Positions 39,542 through 52,550 of a stretch of 64,000 bases of DNA are shown piece after piece (position 1 is the first letter of the stretch; each line of letters begins with the position of its first letter). The notes beneath the pieces were generated by a model that worked only from the letters and a program-made list of their open reading frames with translations, did not search any database and was not told the origin of the DNA. The DNA is from Eledone cirrhosa (taxonomy: Eukaryota). The translations under genes and the position numbers were made by a program. The stretch spans positions 124,001-188,000 of the forward strand of contig OZ024751.1 of assembly GCA_964016885.1 (NCBI GenBank), in the 5' to 3' direction.

Positions 39542-40952
39542 GAGGATAAACGAGAAACTAAATTCATACAGTTCGACATAGAGAGCTACTATGCTTCAAT
39601 CACCTTACCGCTACTTACTGCCGCCTTGGACTTCGCCGAAACACTTGTGCCCATCACCGACCAGGAAAGAAAAATCATCCTCCACGCCAGGAAGACAGTC
39701 TTACTCTTTGACGACTCTAAATGGATAAAAAGAGCTCCCGACTCACCCTTCGACGTCAGCATGGGCGCCACGGACTCGGATTATTCCTAATAGCCAAACT
39801 CACTGATATGTTTCCTGCATTCGGTGGTGGATTGTACCGTGATGATGGGCTCCTTACCCTTAAAGGGTACAACCCCAGTAGTACAGATCGGGTCCGGAAA
39901 CAATTAATCAGATTCTTCCGCGACTGGGGATTTAAAATAACCCTACAAACGTCCCTGACCCGAGTAAATTCCTGGACGTGACCCTCGACCTCGAAAACGA
40001 CCTGTACTACCCATACAGGAAACCTAATGACAATCTGCACTACATCCACCGCCGATCAAACCATCCTAGGAACATCACAAACAACCTGGTCAAAAACATC
40101 TCCCTCCGCATATCCCGTTTGTCAGCTAATGAGCGGATATTCGATGAACATGCGCCTTATTACAACCAGGCCCTCAAGCGGAGTGGTTTCCGGGAGGAAA
40201 TATCCTACTGTCCAGCTCCCATTAGCGGAACCAACAGGAGACACCGCCGCTCACGCAATGTAACATGGTTCAATCCTCCCCACAACGCAGAGGTGACAAC
40301 TCCCATCGGGAAACTATTCTTTAGGCTCATTGAAAAACACTTCCCATTACAACACCGCTACCACAACATAATTAACAAAAATACCATCAAACTCTCTTAC
40401 AGCACTACACCAAACTTCGCACAAAACATCGTCTCCTCTAACAACAAAAAACTCAACCCCGATGGCAGAAATAACCTAAATAGCAGTGGAGAACCGACCA
40501 GGAGGTGTAACTGCCCGGATAGATCTATTTGCCCATTCGACAATAGATGCAGAGACCGTAATGTGATCTACCAGTGCAACGTGAGGACGGATACCTCCAA
40601 TAAAGCCTATATAGGACTTACCGCATGTGACTTCAAAACCCGGCTATACCAACATGGACATACCTTCCGAAACCCGGCCCGGCGTCACGCCACTACACTT
40701 TCGGGCCACATATGGGACCTCAAGGACAACAACATCACCTATGATCTCACTTGGAGATTACTGTCCAGAGCCAATTCTTACACGGGAGGACGCCGTCCGT
40801 GCAATTTATGCTCGGAGGAAACTTTACAAATGCTGTTTTCGACGGACCAACTCCTAAACAAGAAAGATGAACTGGTCACTGCATGTAAACATAGATTGCG
40901 CAGGACTTACCTCGCCCGCAAACCCCATAATGACCCGGGGGGGGTAGACTAG
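39542..40952 (+). pseudogene. Naiad RT-GIY-YIG ORF, 5'-truncated, two frameshifts
   Basis: ORFs 39524..39790, 39721..39981 and 39978..40952; WFNPP, CNCxxxxxCPxxxxC linker, CNLCSEE. Confidence 0.9.
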
Positions 40953-42022
40953 GGCTATAACACCCCACTTGCCGATTTTGCAATGGGTAACCCCTGCTTG
41001 CCAAGGAAGACGTAAGATCTTCTTTGTATTCTTTTATCGCTTCCTTTATTTCCTTCCCCCTTCTCCTTTGTCGGCGTCTTTTCTCGCCCACCCGAGGCTG
41101 CCCTTTGGCCCCATGTAGCCTTAGTACCCCCACCACCCCCTCCCCTAGTCTATGATAGATTTGGCGGACTCCGCCCTTTATAGCAGTTGGCTTAGACCCC
41201 GGATACTTGCCCCCTTTTTCCGACCGCTCCCACTATTCTCTGTGCCCTCTATATTTCTTAGTGGCACTTATGCCTTATTTTTTCGTTTCAGTATTTCTTG
41301 CTTCGCTTTTCTTCTGGGCGGGGTGGATTCTGAATTTATTTCTCCGTATTCTACCTTTATTTCGTACGAACTTTCATGTAGCTTGTTTTAGATCTTTTAG
41401 AGTTAGCATTAGTATATATTTTTCTCGGGACTCAGAATTATTATCTCGTACAAGTTCACTTTGCTGCACTGGGTCGTTGCTGGCCCGGGATGGAAACCTT
41501 TATTGTTTATTTCGTGGTAGTCTCTTTAGTATTTTGGCCCCTTTTGTTGACCCGTCACCGTATCATTTACGTACTTATACCTCTTAAAAGGGTCCTTGCC
41601 TAATCCGTCCCACCTAGTTCTTTTACTTATTTCGTTATTTCTTTATTTATTTATTTCTTTACTTCTTTCTTTCTTTCTTTATTTTATTCTAGCCTAACAA
41701 TAGCCTGAGACCTAGGTCGTAGAATTTAATTTACTTTACTTTTTTCTTTACACTTATTTGCTTTTCTTCACTCTCAGTATTTTTCCTTCCTATATATTTC
41801 TACCCCCATTGTTCTACCTACCGTTCCGACTTCCTCCCCCTCCCCTGTATCTTCTTTGACCTCATGCCCAGCTGTAGCTGGCACTACCAACGCTTGATTG
41901 GGTCTACTCCACCCCCTCCCCTCTTTCTCCTACTGGCAGGTTTAGCCACCATCTCCCCTACTAATTTGCAACCACAGAATTACTACTGATTTTTGACAAT
42001 CACTTTGACCATATATGGAATT

Positions 42023-42116
42023 ACCCCTTGAGAAGATCGGCTATTTAAATACCAGGATACATTTTCATTTAGTCCAGAATTAGCCGTCGAAACGGCTTGA
42101 GCTCAGCTGTCGGGGT
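42023..42116 (+). ncRNA. Type I hammerhead, U3-A8 core variant; predicted cleavage after 42111
   Basis: ACCCC TTGAGAA GA(T)CGGCTA [37 nt] TAGCCGTC GAA ACGGCT tgagctc AGCTGT C GGGGT. Confidence 0.82.
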
Positions 42117-42128
42117 CTTACTGGTTCC

Positions 42129-42167
<39 letters not shown>

Positions 42168-42829
42168 ATATGTGTGTGTGTATGTGTGTGTGTATGTATA
42201 TATATATGTGTGTGTGTGTGTTTATGTGTGTATATATATATGTGTGTGCTCATGTGTAGGGTGTAGAGAATGCTGGGTACAAGATTGAGAGATCAATTTC
42301 GTGAAAAATAGCTCAAAGCCCAGATTGTTAGTAAATAGCTCAAATTGAAGTATATAACCCAGAGTGGAAATGTGTGTATGTATTTATATATATATAAATA
42401 CACACATACACATATATATACACGTGTGTGTGAATGCAAGTGAGTGTACATATGTATGAATATATGTGTCTACATATATGTGTGTGTGTGTGTGTGTAAG
42501 GATTGCCTATGAATTGGATCCAATTTACTTAGTTGATAATTCAATATGATTTTTACTTTCATGATCATCATTATATTTCCATTTCTGTACTTACATGGGT
42601 TGGTTGAGTCCTCTCCCAGGTGGTGTCTTACCACTTGCTACATTCCACTGTTACCTCATTTGAGCTTCTACATTCTGAGATCATCTCTCATCAGTTCTAC
42701 CTTCCCTGTAGCCTAAATTAAAGAAAATGGTAGCATGTAGTGCTAAAACAAAGAAATCTGGTGTAATGTAATCTGTTGGCCATCTCTGGACTGCCATATA
42801 CACACTTACCAGTGTCATCTCATCTGTAA

Positions 42830-43017
42830 TGAGACCCTCAGCTGCTATATACACAACTCTGTGTAAAAAGATCCCCACGATTGCTATATATACACCTCTC
42901 TGTCTCATCGCATTTGTAGAGAGACCCTCAACTCCTTTATACACACTTCTCTGTGTAAAGAGACCTTAGACTGCTATATATGTATACACACCTCTCTGTA
43001 TAGAGACTCTAGACTGC

Positions 43018-43072
<55 letters not shown>

Positions 43073-43095
43073 CTGTATAGAAAGACCCTAGACTG

Positions 43096-43129
<34 letters not shown>

Positions 43130-43320
43130 CTCTCTGTATAGAGAGACCCTAGACTGCTATATATACACCTCTCTGTATAGAGAGACCCTAGACTGCTATA
43201 TATACACCTCTCTGTATAGAGAGACCCTAGACTGCTATATATACACTCCTCTGTATAGAGAGACCCTAGACTGCTATATACACCTCTCTGTGTAAAGAGA
43301 CCCTTGGCTGCTATATACCT
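42830..43320. repeat. ~39-bp minisatellite with embedded (CA)n/(TA)n expansions
   Basis: GAGACCCTAGACTGCTATATATACACCTCTCTGTATAGA. Confidence 0.88.
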
Positions 43321-43419
43321 GTTTACATCTAAAACAATTTGACCAATGTTTTTTATTTTATTTGTTTTTAAAGAAAAACAAAAAGGGAAATTATAATAAT
43401 AATTAAAATAATAATGAAA

Positions 43420-45720
43420 TTATTGTGTAAAGTGCTCAGGTGCACTACAACTCATGAAAGGTGCATGTATAGTAGATAGAATAATATAAAAATGTCAGGG
43501 AAGTGAATAGTGTATGAGTCATGATATACATGTGTGTATGTGTATGGAGGGGGAACATTAGGTGTAGTGTTGGCGAATCTCGGGAAGCATGGAGGTTTTA
43601 AAGGATGCAGTGTCTCAACAGCTAACAACTGATGCAGGTAGTTTGTTCCATGCTTCAGCAACTCTGAGCGTGAAAAAATGTTTCCGAAAGTCATGGGAAC
43701 TGTGCTGTTTTCTGACTTTGTGGGCATGCCCACGTGTGTTAGACACATGGAAATCAAAAAGGTACTCAGGGTTGTTGTTGGCAAGATGGTTAACAATTTT
43801 GTGGGTGTTTACCAAGTCAGTTGCCAGGCGTCAGAGCTTCAATGTATCCGTGCCCAGGGAAGCAAGGCATTCAGAGTATGGTAGATGCTTGATGGAGGGT
43901 ATTCGCTTGGTTGCACGTCTCTGAACAGTTTCCAGGCAGTCAATGTTCTGAGCAAAATAGGGGTTCCAGACTGGTGATGCAAATTCTAAGTATGGCCACA
44001 CCAGAGAGTTTTGCCATAAGCCTTTTGTGTGGCACAGAATTGAAAGCTTTCGCAAAGTCAAGGTAAACAACATCAACCCATGAGCCGCCATCAGTGATCC
44101 GGGTGATGTCTTCAAGAAACTCGACAAGTTGATCAGAGCAGCTGGAGTTGGGGATAAATCCAAATTGCGAGGGCCGGATAAGACTGTGAGAGTTCCAGAA
44201 GTTCCAAAGTGTTTCTCTGACACAGGATTCCATCAGTTTGGCAATGCAACTGGTAAGACTGACTGGACGATAGTTCACAGGTGATGTGCGGTCACCCTTT
44301 TTGAACAGAGGAATGACACTGGCAGTTTTCCACTGTTCTGGAGTAGCACCGTTGTTCAGACAGAATTGAAAGAAGCGAGGTAGCTGGTGCAGAAGGAAGT
44401 ACCCACCACGTTTAAGAAGCAAGCACCATCAAGACCAGAAGAGGCATGGTTGCGTTTATTTTTTAGGTGACGTCGCAGCATTGCAGGTGTAAATTCCATG
44501 GTTGGAATAGAGTCCGGTGTCATAGGTGGTGGAGACGGTACACTCTGGTCTTCAATAGTGAAAATGCCTGCATAGCATTCAGCAATGAGCTCTGTGCATT
44601 CCTTGGGGTCGTCAGTAACCTGGCTTGTGTGGGGATTGAGAAGAGGACCAACTGGAGAGTGAGGCCTCTGTTTTGAGTGAACATACTTCCAGAACACCTT
44701 ACTGTCAGGGCTGGTTGCTATGTGCTGCTCAAATTGAAGCACTGCCTTTTTTGTCACCTGTTTGAGGTGGTTGGACGATTTATTTTGCCTCTTCCTATTG
44801 ATGTCTGATTTGTGCAGTTTGTACTCACGTTCAGCATTGCAACGTTCTTTTCTGGCAAGACAGACTGCTGCAGTCTCCCAAATTGCACTTTTGGGATGTT
44901 TTTTCCGCTTACGTGGCACCGATGCTGCACAGGATGTTCTGGAGTACAGTGTTGACATCTCCAGAGTCGTAGAACTCAAGCCAGTTTGGACGTTGCAGCT
45001 CGGTGCAATAACAGTTCCAGTTTGCTTTATTCCAGTCAAAGTGAACAGTTTGGAGATGGTTGTGGTTTTTGTTACTGCCCATGAGGGATAGATTGGCAAT
45101 GATCATAGCATGATCAGAGTCACCTAAAGGTTCCTCAGCAGTAACACTGACTGTTTCAGGAGTAGTGGTGAAGAGTAGGTCCAAAGTGTTGTCACCTCTT
45201 GTTGGGGAGGTGACTACTTGGGACCAATTAGAGTCCAGCACTAGCTCAAGGAAGTCATTTGCACTTGGCGGCCAACGAAAGGTTTCCCAGTCAATTTCAG
45301 GGTGATTGAAGTCTCCTGCAATAAAAACATAAGTGGCTATTTTCCTGGCAGCAGCTCTGAGGATATCGCAAAGTTGAGTGTCCTGTGGTAATTTGGGGGA
45401 CGGTAAACGACTCCAAGTAGCAGTGTTGACATATATTGCAGAAAAAACTTCCTGCTGTGATTGGTTCAAATCAACACAAGGAATTGCCGACAAATTTGAC
45501 CGAACGTAGACCATTACACCACCACCACGACGATTAATGTGGTCTTTACGAAACAGGTTGTAGCCAGTTATGCTGAGAACCCCATCACAGAGTAAGGGAT
45601 GTGCCCAAGTTGCCGAGACTGTAATGAAGTCAGGGTTGATACTTTTGACGTAGGAGTCAAAAAGATGAATCTTATTGCATAGACTATGTGCATTCAAGGA
45701 CAACAATTTGTACCTTGATT
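43420..45720 (-). mobile_element. CR1-like LINE, APE plus RT with internal deletion of the YADD region
   Basis: LSLNAHSL...GDFNHP...LDLLF...SDH; NYRPVSLTS, VYLDFAKAF jumping to PYLEFASPVWNPY; NTRGH...FFTLRVAEAWNKLP. Confidence 0.92.
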
Positions 45721-46110
45721 CCAGTATATGATTATGTGCAGGGGATGGCAGGTTGTTCTGATTTAGTTTCCCAGAGTTTTTTCAGTTTTTTTATTGTCAG
45801 TTGTTGTGGGTACAGTGTTTTCAGACCAGCTGGTATCTCTTTTCCATGTTTCATTATGCTGGCTTCCTATGAAGTTATGTCATAGAAAGTTTCTTGTGTG
45901 TTTTAGACCTTAACATTTTGTAATGATTTAATAGAAAATACTTAACAGCCGGTTTAATTCAAATGTTTATAGTACTTTTACAAATGGGCAGGTTGTTGTG
46001 AACATCTGCAGTAATAGAGTAAAGACTTCAATTTTTAATAGGATGCTGTCATAGTTCTGTTTTGCCCTTTTCAAAGATGTCTTACTAATGCAGTGTCATA
46101 TGGTGTAGGG

Positions 46111-46295
46111 CAGGGTTTCCCAAACTTTTTCAAACACAGAACCCTTTTTGGTTCAGAAACTTTTGGGGGAACCCCAAAGTCTAATACTGTTATATGGTCA
46201 GTAGAGGAATATATTTATATTATATAAATATATTCCTCTACTTTTTTCACAGAACCCTGGATTCTCCTTTGCGGAACCCATTTTGGGAACCACTG
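46111..46295. mobile_element. hAT-type MITE
   Basis: CAGGGTTTCCCAAA...TTTGGGAACCACTG TIRs; imperfect 8-bp TSD gtgtaggg/atgttggg; internal palindrome 46200-46242. Confidence 0.75.
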
Positions 46296-48249
46296 ATGTT
46301 GGGTGTTAGGAGTTAATGATACAGACCCCAGCCATATCATGATTCAGGAATTGAACCCAAGACCTTGTGAGTATGAGTCAGACATCCTAACCACTCAGCT
46401 TTAATGGCATACAAACTTGGCTGGTGACTGACTGGTTAATTGGGTGACTGTTAACCTATCATTACAAAATCTCAATTATTGGTGCTTCGGTATACTAAAT
46501 GTTGGTAGTAGTGTGGTTGTGGTAAATGGTGAGACAGAGGGAGAATGGTGGCAGGAGGCGTGAGTGAGCAAGAGACAGGAATGGGAGTAAGAAAGTATTG
46601 AGAAAGTGAAACAGAGTAGGGAGGGAATGAGAATGAAATAGTAAGGGAGATGGTGGAGAGTGAGAGAGAGGGGAGTAGAGAAAATGAGACAAGGGTAGGA
46701 GGAGAGGTAGAGAGAATGAAATAATGGAGGTGGCTGAGAATGAAAGAGAGGGGGAGATTGAGGAAATAGTAAGAAACAGAGAGGAGGGAATGAAATAGCG
46801 AGGGAGGGGGTGAGACAGGAGAGATAAAGAAAGGTAAGTTTAATCTATGTATAATGTCAGTTAATCTGGTGCTATTGGTGTAATATAGTCAGTTCTGTGA
46901 AGAAGTAAGATAAAAAAATGCAAGAAATTCAACTGTTTGACTAACTGGAATGTTAGATAGAGGTGGGGAGGGGGTGCTCTCCAGTGATGCCCTTATAGTG
47001 TTTGTTCTGGCACTTTGTATTCTTTTTTTGGTTTTTGTTGTTTTTACTCACCTCTACCATGGCAATAAAGCCACTAAAATACAAGGGGTTACTAGAAAGG
47101 GAGAAGGACAAGACAGAACATAATCCCAAGTAAGGCAATAAAGCCACTAAAATACAAGGGGTTACTGAAAAGGGAAAAGACAAGTCAGAGAAGATAATTC
47201 AAGGAGAGGGAAGATGACGATTGATGTTGAATTTTTTTTTGTGTACCTGAGGACTCTGATCCCACAATCCTTTCAGGAATAACTTGTCAAAGAAGACTCT
47301 AATACTGCATATTTTCACAACAATCTGTCCACCAGTAAAGTTACAATAAACATTTGAATTAACAAAATAAAACATGGATAAAAACTGATGGGGGGGGGGT
47401 AGCGATGATGAGGGTGGTGGTGGCGATGATGTTGATGATGTTTGTAGACATGTCAATCATTTAGAATTAATAGTAATTCACTTGTGGGTGAAGCTGTCAT
47501 TTCATTTAGATTCTTTCTTGTGTCCAGAAGCAATGTTTTTTTTTCTATAATTTCACCATTGTCACTATATCACTACATACTTGAAATATTATCACTCTGA
47601 GTAGGTTGTTGTACGTCTCTTTGTCGGTTTGCTTGGGAGTTTTTGTCAAGGGTTTTTTTTTCTTTAGCTTTTTTTATACTTGTAAGATCTGAAAATTTCT
47701 TATAAAACAAAATTAAGTTTATATAAATATATATATATATGCTAAAACAGACAGAATGGGGTGGTGTTTAGTAGTGAAAAGTTGTTGGACAAGTAGTGTG
47801 TGGTTGTGTGTTTGTATTACATTTGCAGTGAGAAGTGTTCTGTTGACAGTAAGACAAACTCTTCAGAAATGCATAAATGAAGGGCAACTGTAACATTTGC
47901 TTTAACATTTCCTCCCCACCAAAAAATTAGATTTCTGGAACCATAGGCTTCCATGTAAGAATTCCGGTGTTCTGCAACAAAAATTAAATAATAAATATTT
48001 ATACTAAAACACTGTGTATATTAGAAAATTGAAGGTAAATTTCATGTATGATGATGATATAAAAAGAAGGCAACCCATCTAGGAGAGCAGTTGCTCTAAA
48101 TAAATAATATTGAATAGGGTAGTTGTGGGCTTCGTAAGCTGTGGTGAAAGGCAACCTGTATAGGAGACCAGATACTCTGAATAAAGACTGATACAGGGTT
48201 TAGGGGACTCTTAAGTCCTAACAGATAGAAAGAGATAGAGAAGACGGGA

Positions 48250-48760
48250 GAGACACAGAGGAAGAATTGACCCTACTACTGAACTGCTACCTTTTTTATT
48301 GGCCACAAAGAATGAAAGGCGAAGTTGACCGTGGCAGGATTTGAACTTAGAAAACTGAGAGCCGGAACAAATACTGCAAAGCATTCTATCCAATATGGTG
48401 TCTTCAAAAAATATATACTAGTGTTGAAAAAAAAAAGTACTGGAGTAGATGGTATGGTGTGGTCCTGTAACTCCTGATGGAGTCGTAGGAGCACGTGGTA
48501 GCATACAGTGTTTATTGAACATTTTAAGTCTGGTGGAGCCTATCCCTCTCCAGGTCTAAACACGGCAGATTTCTTTCAGAGAAATAGATATAGAAGAAGA
48601 ATCGACCCCAGTACTGGACTAGTACTTTTTTTTATCAACCTCGAAAGGATGAAAGGCAAAGTTGATTTAGGCAGAATTTGAACTCGGAGAGCAGAAAACC
48701 AGAACAAATATCACAAAGCACTCTAATTGACTTTCTAACGACTCTGCCAATTTGTCACCT
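48250..48760 (-). mobile_element. Two tRNA-derived Meta-like SINE copies
   Basis: gatgaaaggcaaagttga...atttgaactc. Confidence 0.7.
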
Positions 48761-50019
48761 TACCGGGGTATATAGAATTGACTAAATCCCTTGGCCTACA
48801 GTCTAATGACTAAAATCAATAAAAGAGTGTTTCAAGTAATGACGAGTGATTTGTTGATTTAGAAGATTAATAAGAGACATCTCATATTTTATATGTGTGA
48901 AGAACAACCACTACAACAATAACATTTGAATTAACAAACACCAGGTTGTCTTGTTCAACCCATGCCAACAATGACAACCACACTATCAACAACCACCACA
49001 ATTTCAATTTTGCTATTAAGTTCATTTACTTTCTCATTTGTCTGTTTAGATTTATGGAAATATAAAAATACACATTTAATAATTCTTTATTTTTTAACTT
49101 TTAGATATGTTAGAAAAGCATTGAATTAACTAAAAAATAAAATAAAATATATAGTTCTTGGTAGCCGACGCCTAGCTAATTTATATTCGCACACTAATCA
49201 ATCTTTGAATCTCATTAACTCTTAGAATTCTTTCTTCTGTTGCTCTTCCTTCTTCTAAATGGATTCTTTTTGGCTGGGCTTTATTATTTATTCTTCGCTG
49301 GAATTATGAAGATATTTCAAATATTTTTGCCTTGTTTACATATTTCTAAACATTTAAAATAATAAAATAAAAAATATATATTGCTACTACTGCAAGTCAA
49401 CATTGAGAACCCCCCCCCCTCTTTTTTTTTCACTAAAAATATCTGAAGTGACTTGGTCTTGTAATTTATCCACCATTCTCTCATTTCTTAATCAATAAAC
49501 TCAAGTGGATTTGAAAATGTTGAAGAGATCAAGGAGAATGAGGGTGAGACAGAGAGGGACAGACATAAAGAGGTGGGGAGAAATGTTTGTTAAATAGAAT
49601 TTCTGATTCTGATATTTCCAAGAATATAATATATTGTTGTTACTGCTGCTGCTAGTGTTGGTGTTGTTGCTGCTGCTATTGTTGCTGATGTTGTTGTTAC
49701 TGTTGTTGTTGCTGATGTTATATGACCAACACTCTGGCAGTTAAAGATAGAATTTGTTGAATTACCGTTGTTAGGTTAAATTTAGAAAACAAAACTGAAA
49801 TAGAGGTGTTGGCAGGGTAAGAGGAGCGAGGGGAAGTTGTGATGAAGAAATGGAATTAAATTATTTACTATGGCCAATTGTCAGACTAAATTGTTTTCTG
49901 TGAGAAATTATCCGAGTACTGAATTAGATTCTGTTTCCACAGACGGTATTGTTTCTTCAATATGATATCATCAGTGAAATGGTGGATACAGCTAAATTAC
50001 ATTTATTATTGAATTAGCA

Positions 50020-51245
50020 GGGGCGGTGGATTGGCAGTATCGGTAGAGGGTCGGACGCCATCCTTTGACGCATAGTTACGGCCCTTGCCATTCTGAGTTC
50101 AAATCCCGCCGAGGTTAACTTTGCCTTTCATCCTTACCTGGTCGTTAACATAAAGCACCAGTAATGCACTGGGTAATTGCTGGCCTTGTGCCAAAAGTAG
50201 AAACGATTATTGAATTACCATTTCTATATTATCAATAGCTTGAGTAATATTTTTTTTATATCTAAAATTGTTCTGTGAGGGTTGTTGTCTTATTATTGTT
50301 ATTGGCAGAATCGGTAGTGTCAGACCACATGCTTTGCGGCATAGAATTATGGCACTTTATGTTCCGAGGTTAACTTTGCCTTTCATCCTTACGGGGTCAA
50401 TAAAATAAAGTACCAGTAATGCACTGGGGTTGATTTAATCAACTTTCCTCTCCCCGCAAATTGTTGGTCTTATCAGTAGAGTCGGACGCCATGCTTTGAC
50501 ACACAGAGTTACGGCCCTTGCCAATCTGAGTTCAAATCCCGCCGAGGTTAACTTTGCCTTTCATCCTTACGGGGTTGATAAAATAAAGCACCAGTAATGC
50601 ACTGGTATAATTGCTGGCCTTGTGCCAAACGTAGAAACAATTATTGGCAGAATCGGTAGTGTGTCGGACAACATGCTTTACAGTATTTAGTTATGATTTT
50701 CTACGTTCTTTGTTCAAATAATTATCGAGGTCAGCTTTGCCTTTCATCCTTAACAGGTTGATAAAATATAGTACCAGTCATGTGCTGGGGTTGATGTAAT
50801 CAACTTACCCCCTCCTCTTGTAAATTATTGGCCTTGTGTCTAAAGTAGAAACCATTGTCATCACTCATTAGGGCAGTGGATTGGCAATATTGGTAGACCA
50901 TGCTTCGCAGCATAGTTACATCCCTTTATGTTTTGAGTTCAAATCCTGTCATGGTTAGCTTTGTCTTTCATCCTTAAGGGGTTGATAATATAAAGTAGCA
51001 GTAACACACTGGGGTTGATTGTCTTTCCCTTCCCTTCAAATTGTTGGCCTTGTGCTGAATGTAGAAATAATTAATACGACCCTTTATGTTCTGAGTTCAA
51101 ATCCAGCCAAGGTTAGCTTTGCCTTTCATCCTTACGGGGTCGATGAAATAAAGCACCAATAATGTACTGGGTTTGATTAAATTGACTTTCCCTCCTCGAA
51201 AATTGTTGGCCTTGTGCCTAAATCAAAAACAATTATTATTATTAT
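50020..51245 (+). mobile_element. Co-oriented cluster of about 6 tRNA-derived Meta-like SINEs
   Basis: Repeated GGCAG.ATCGGTAGAG...GAGTTCAAATCCCGCCGAGGTTAACTTTGCCTTTCATCC...(ATT)n. Confidence 0.88.
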
Positions 51246-51807
51246 TGCTTAATCAAGAGGAATTATTTTGTGTATCAGTTTAGAATAGGGTTAGGCTTCT
51301 TCAATGAAGTCAACAAACCTGACAGCTTCGTTAGTACAGCTGCCATGATAAAAATGTACCCACTAGAGTCTGTAAAAATAGCTGGTGTTACTAAAGGCAT
51401 CCAAGCATAGAAACCATGCCAGATAAAGAGTTTAGAAGAATTTTCAATCATGTCAGGTACATGACAACCTTCCTATTGCTGATTCCATGATAGAATGCAC
51501 CCAGTACATTCTGTAATGGGATTGACATTTGAAAGGACATCCAACTGTAGAAACTATGCCAAGACTAAAACGTGTGCCCCTCCCTTCCTTCAGCCTGTCT
51601 AGAAGGATAGTAGTTTCAATTAAGTACTAACTTGGCCTGTAACAACCCGTCCTAGACAAGCCATCATGGAAAAAGGGGGTATAAAATGTTGATGATGATG
51701 CAGACACCATATCCTTGTGTGTTTGAGAGGTGACAAAAAGGGTTTGATTCCTGGACCAGGTTGAATGTTGTATTCTTGTGCAGAACACTTCATTTCACAT
51801 TTCTCCA

Positions 51808-52155
51808 ATGGTAAGGGTGTTGGACTTACGATCATAATGTTGTGGATTCAATTCCCGGACTAGGTTGTGATGTGCTCTTGAGCAAAACACTTCATTTCAC
51901 GTTGCTCCAGTATACTCTGCTGAAAATTAGTATCAGCAATAGCTGGGGGTTTAGCCCTGCAATGGACTGCCATCCTGTCTGGGGTGGAGAGGAGTCTTGT
52001 ACTCTCAGCGGAAAATGAGTACCAGTATTTGCTGGAAGTTCACTCTGCAATGGTCTGGCATCCTGTCCAGGGGGATATCTTGTACTCTCTGTCAATGCCA
52101 ATGAAAACCAGGATAAGCAACAGTCTGATGAGCCTCTAATCTTGGGACAGACGTT
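51808..52155 (+). mobile_element. V-domain-like tRNA SINE with duplicated V module
   Basis: CCCTGCAATGGACTGCCATCCTGTC-like motif twice; aaaccaggataagc...ctgatgagcc tail. Confidence 0.7.
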
Positions 52156-52550
52156 TTTTTAAAAAGAACTATCAAGTGTTTGCATGTGTGTGTGGGAAGA
52201 GGTACATGGTTGTGTTTTATCGTAATGTCTGCCCTGAACACGTGCTGGTTTCCCTTGTAAATGTGTTATCATTATATGTTTCATGCTTGTTTGTTTGTTT
52301 ATCCCCCCCCGTTCTCCTATATCTGATAAGATATAGCTCTATGGGTTGTGTTGTGGGAGGGTTGATAGTCTTTCGTAAGATTTACTTCACTCAATATACA
52401 TGCCTCTGCTTATTACATTGCTGATAAAATTATTGTTATCATTATTATTATTATTATTTCTAGGGCAGTGGGTTGACAGTATTGGTAGAGTGTTGGACAC
52501 TATGCTTAGTGGCATCGTTACAGCCCTTTATGTTCTGAATTCAAATCCTG

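Larger units (their letters stand above)
38081..42130. mobile_element. Naiad-type Penelope-like element as a head-to-head fold-back (minus arm 38081-~39545, plus arm 39542-42130)
   Basis: RT motifs YFTLKDHK...RLINPTKSDIGRISKKILD, FDIESYYASI, FDVSMGA, GGLYRDDGL; GIY-YIG VIY...YIG; 38161-39017 is the reverse complement of ~41276-42130; (TA)n on both sides. Confidence 0.92.

Noticed and set aside
39978-40952. Selenocysteine-encoding Naiad, as known for some invertebrate Naiads
   Set aside because: The Cys positions visible here (CNC..CP..C, CNLC, CKH) are ordinary Cys codons and this ORF has no in-frame TGA
50020-50110. tRNA genes at the A/B-box motifs
   Set aside because: No convincing cloverleaf, and the motifs are followed by the SINE body
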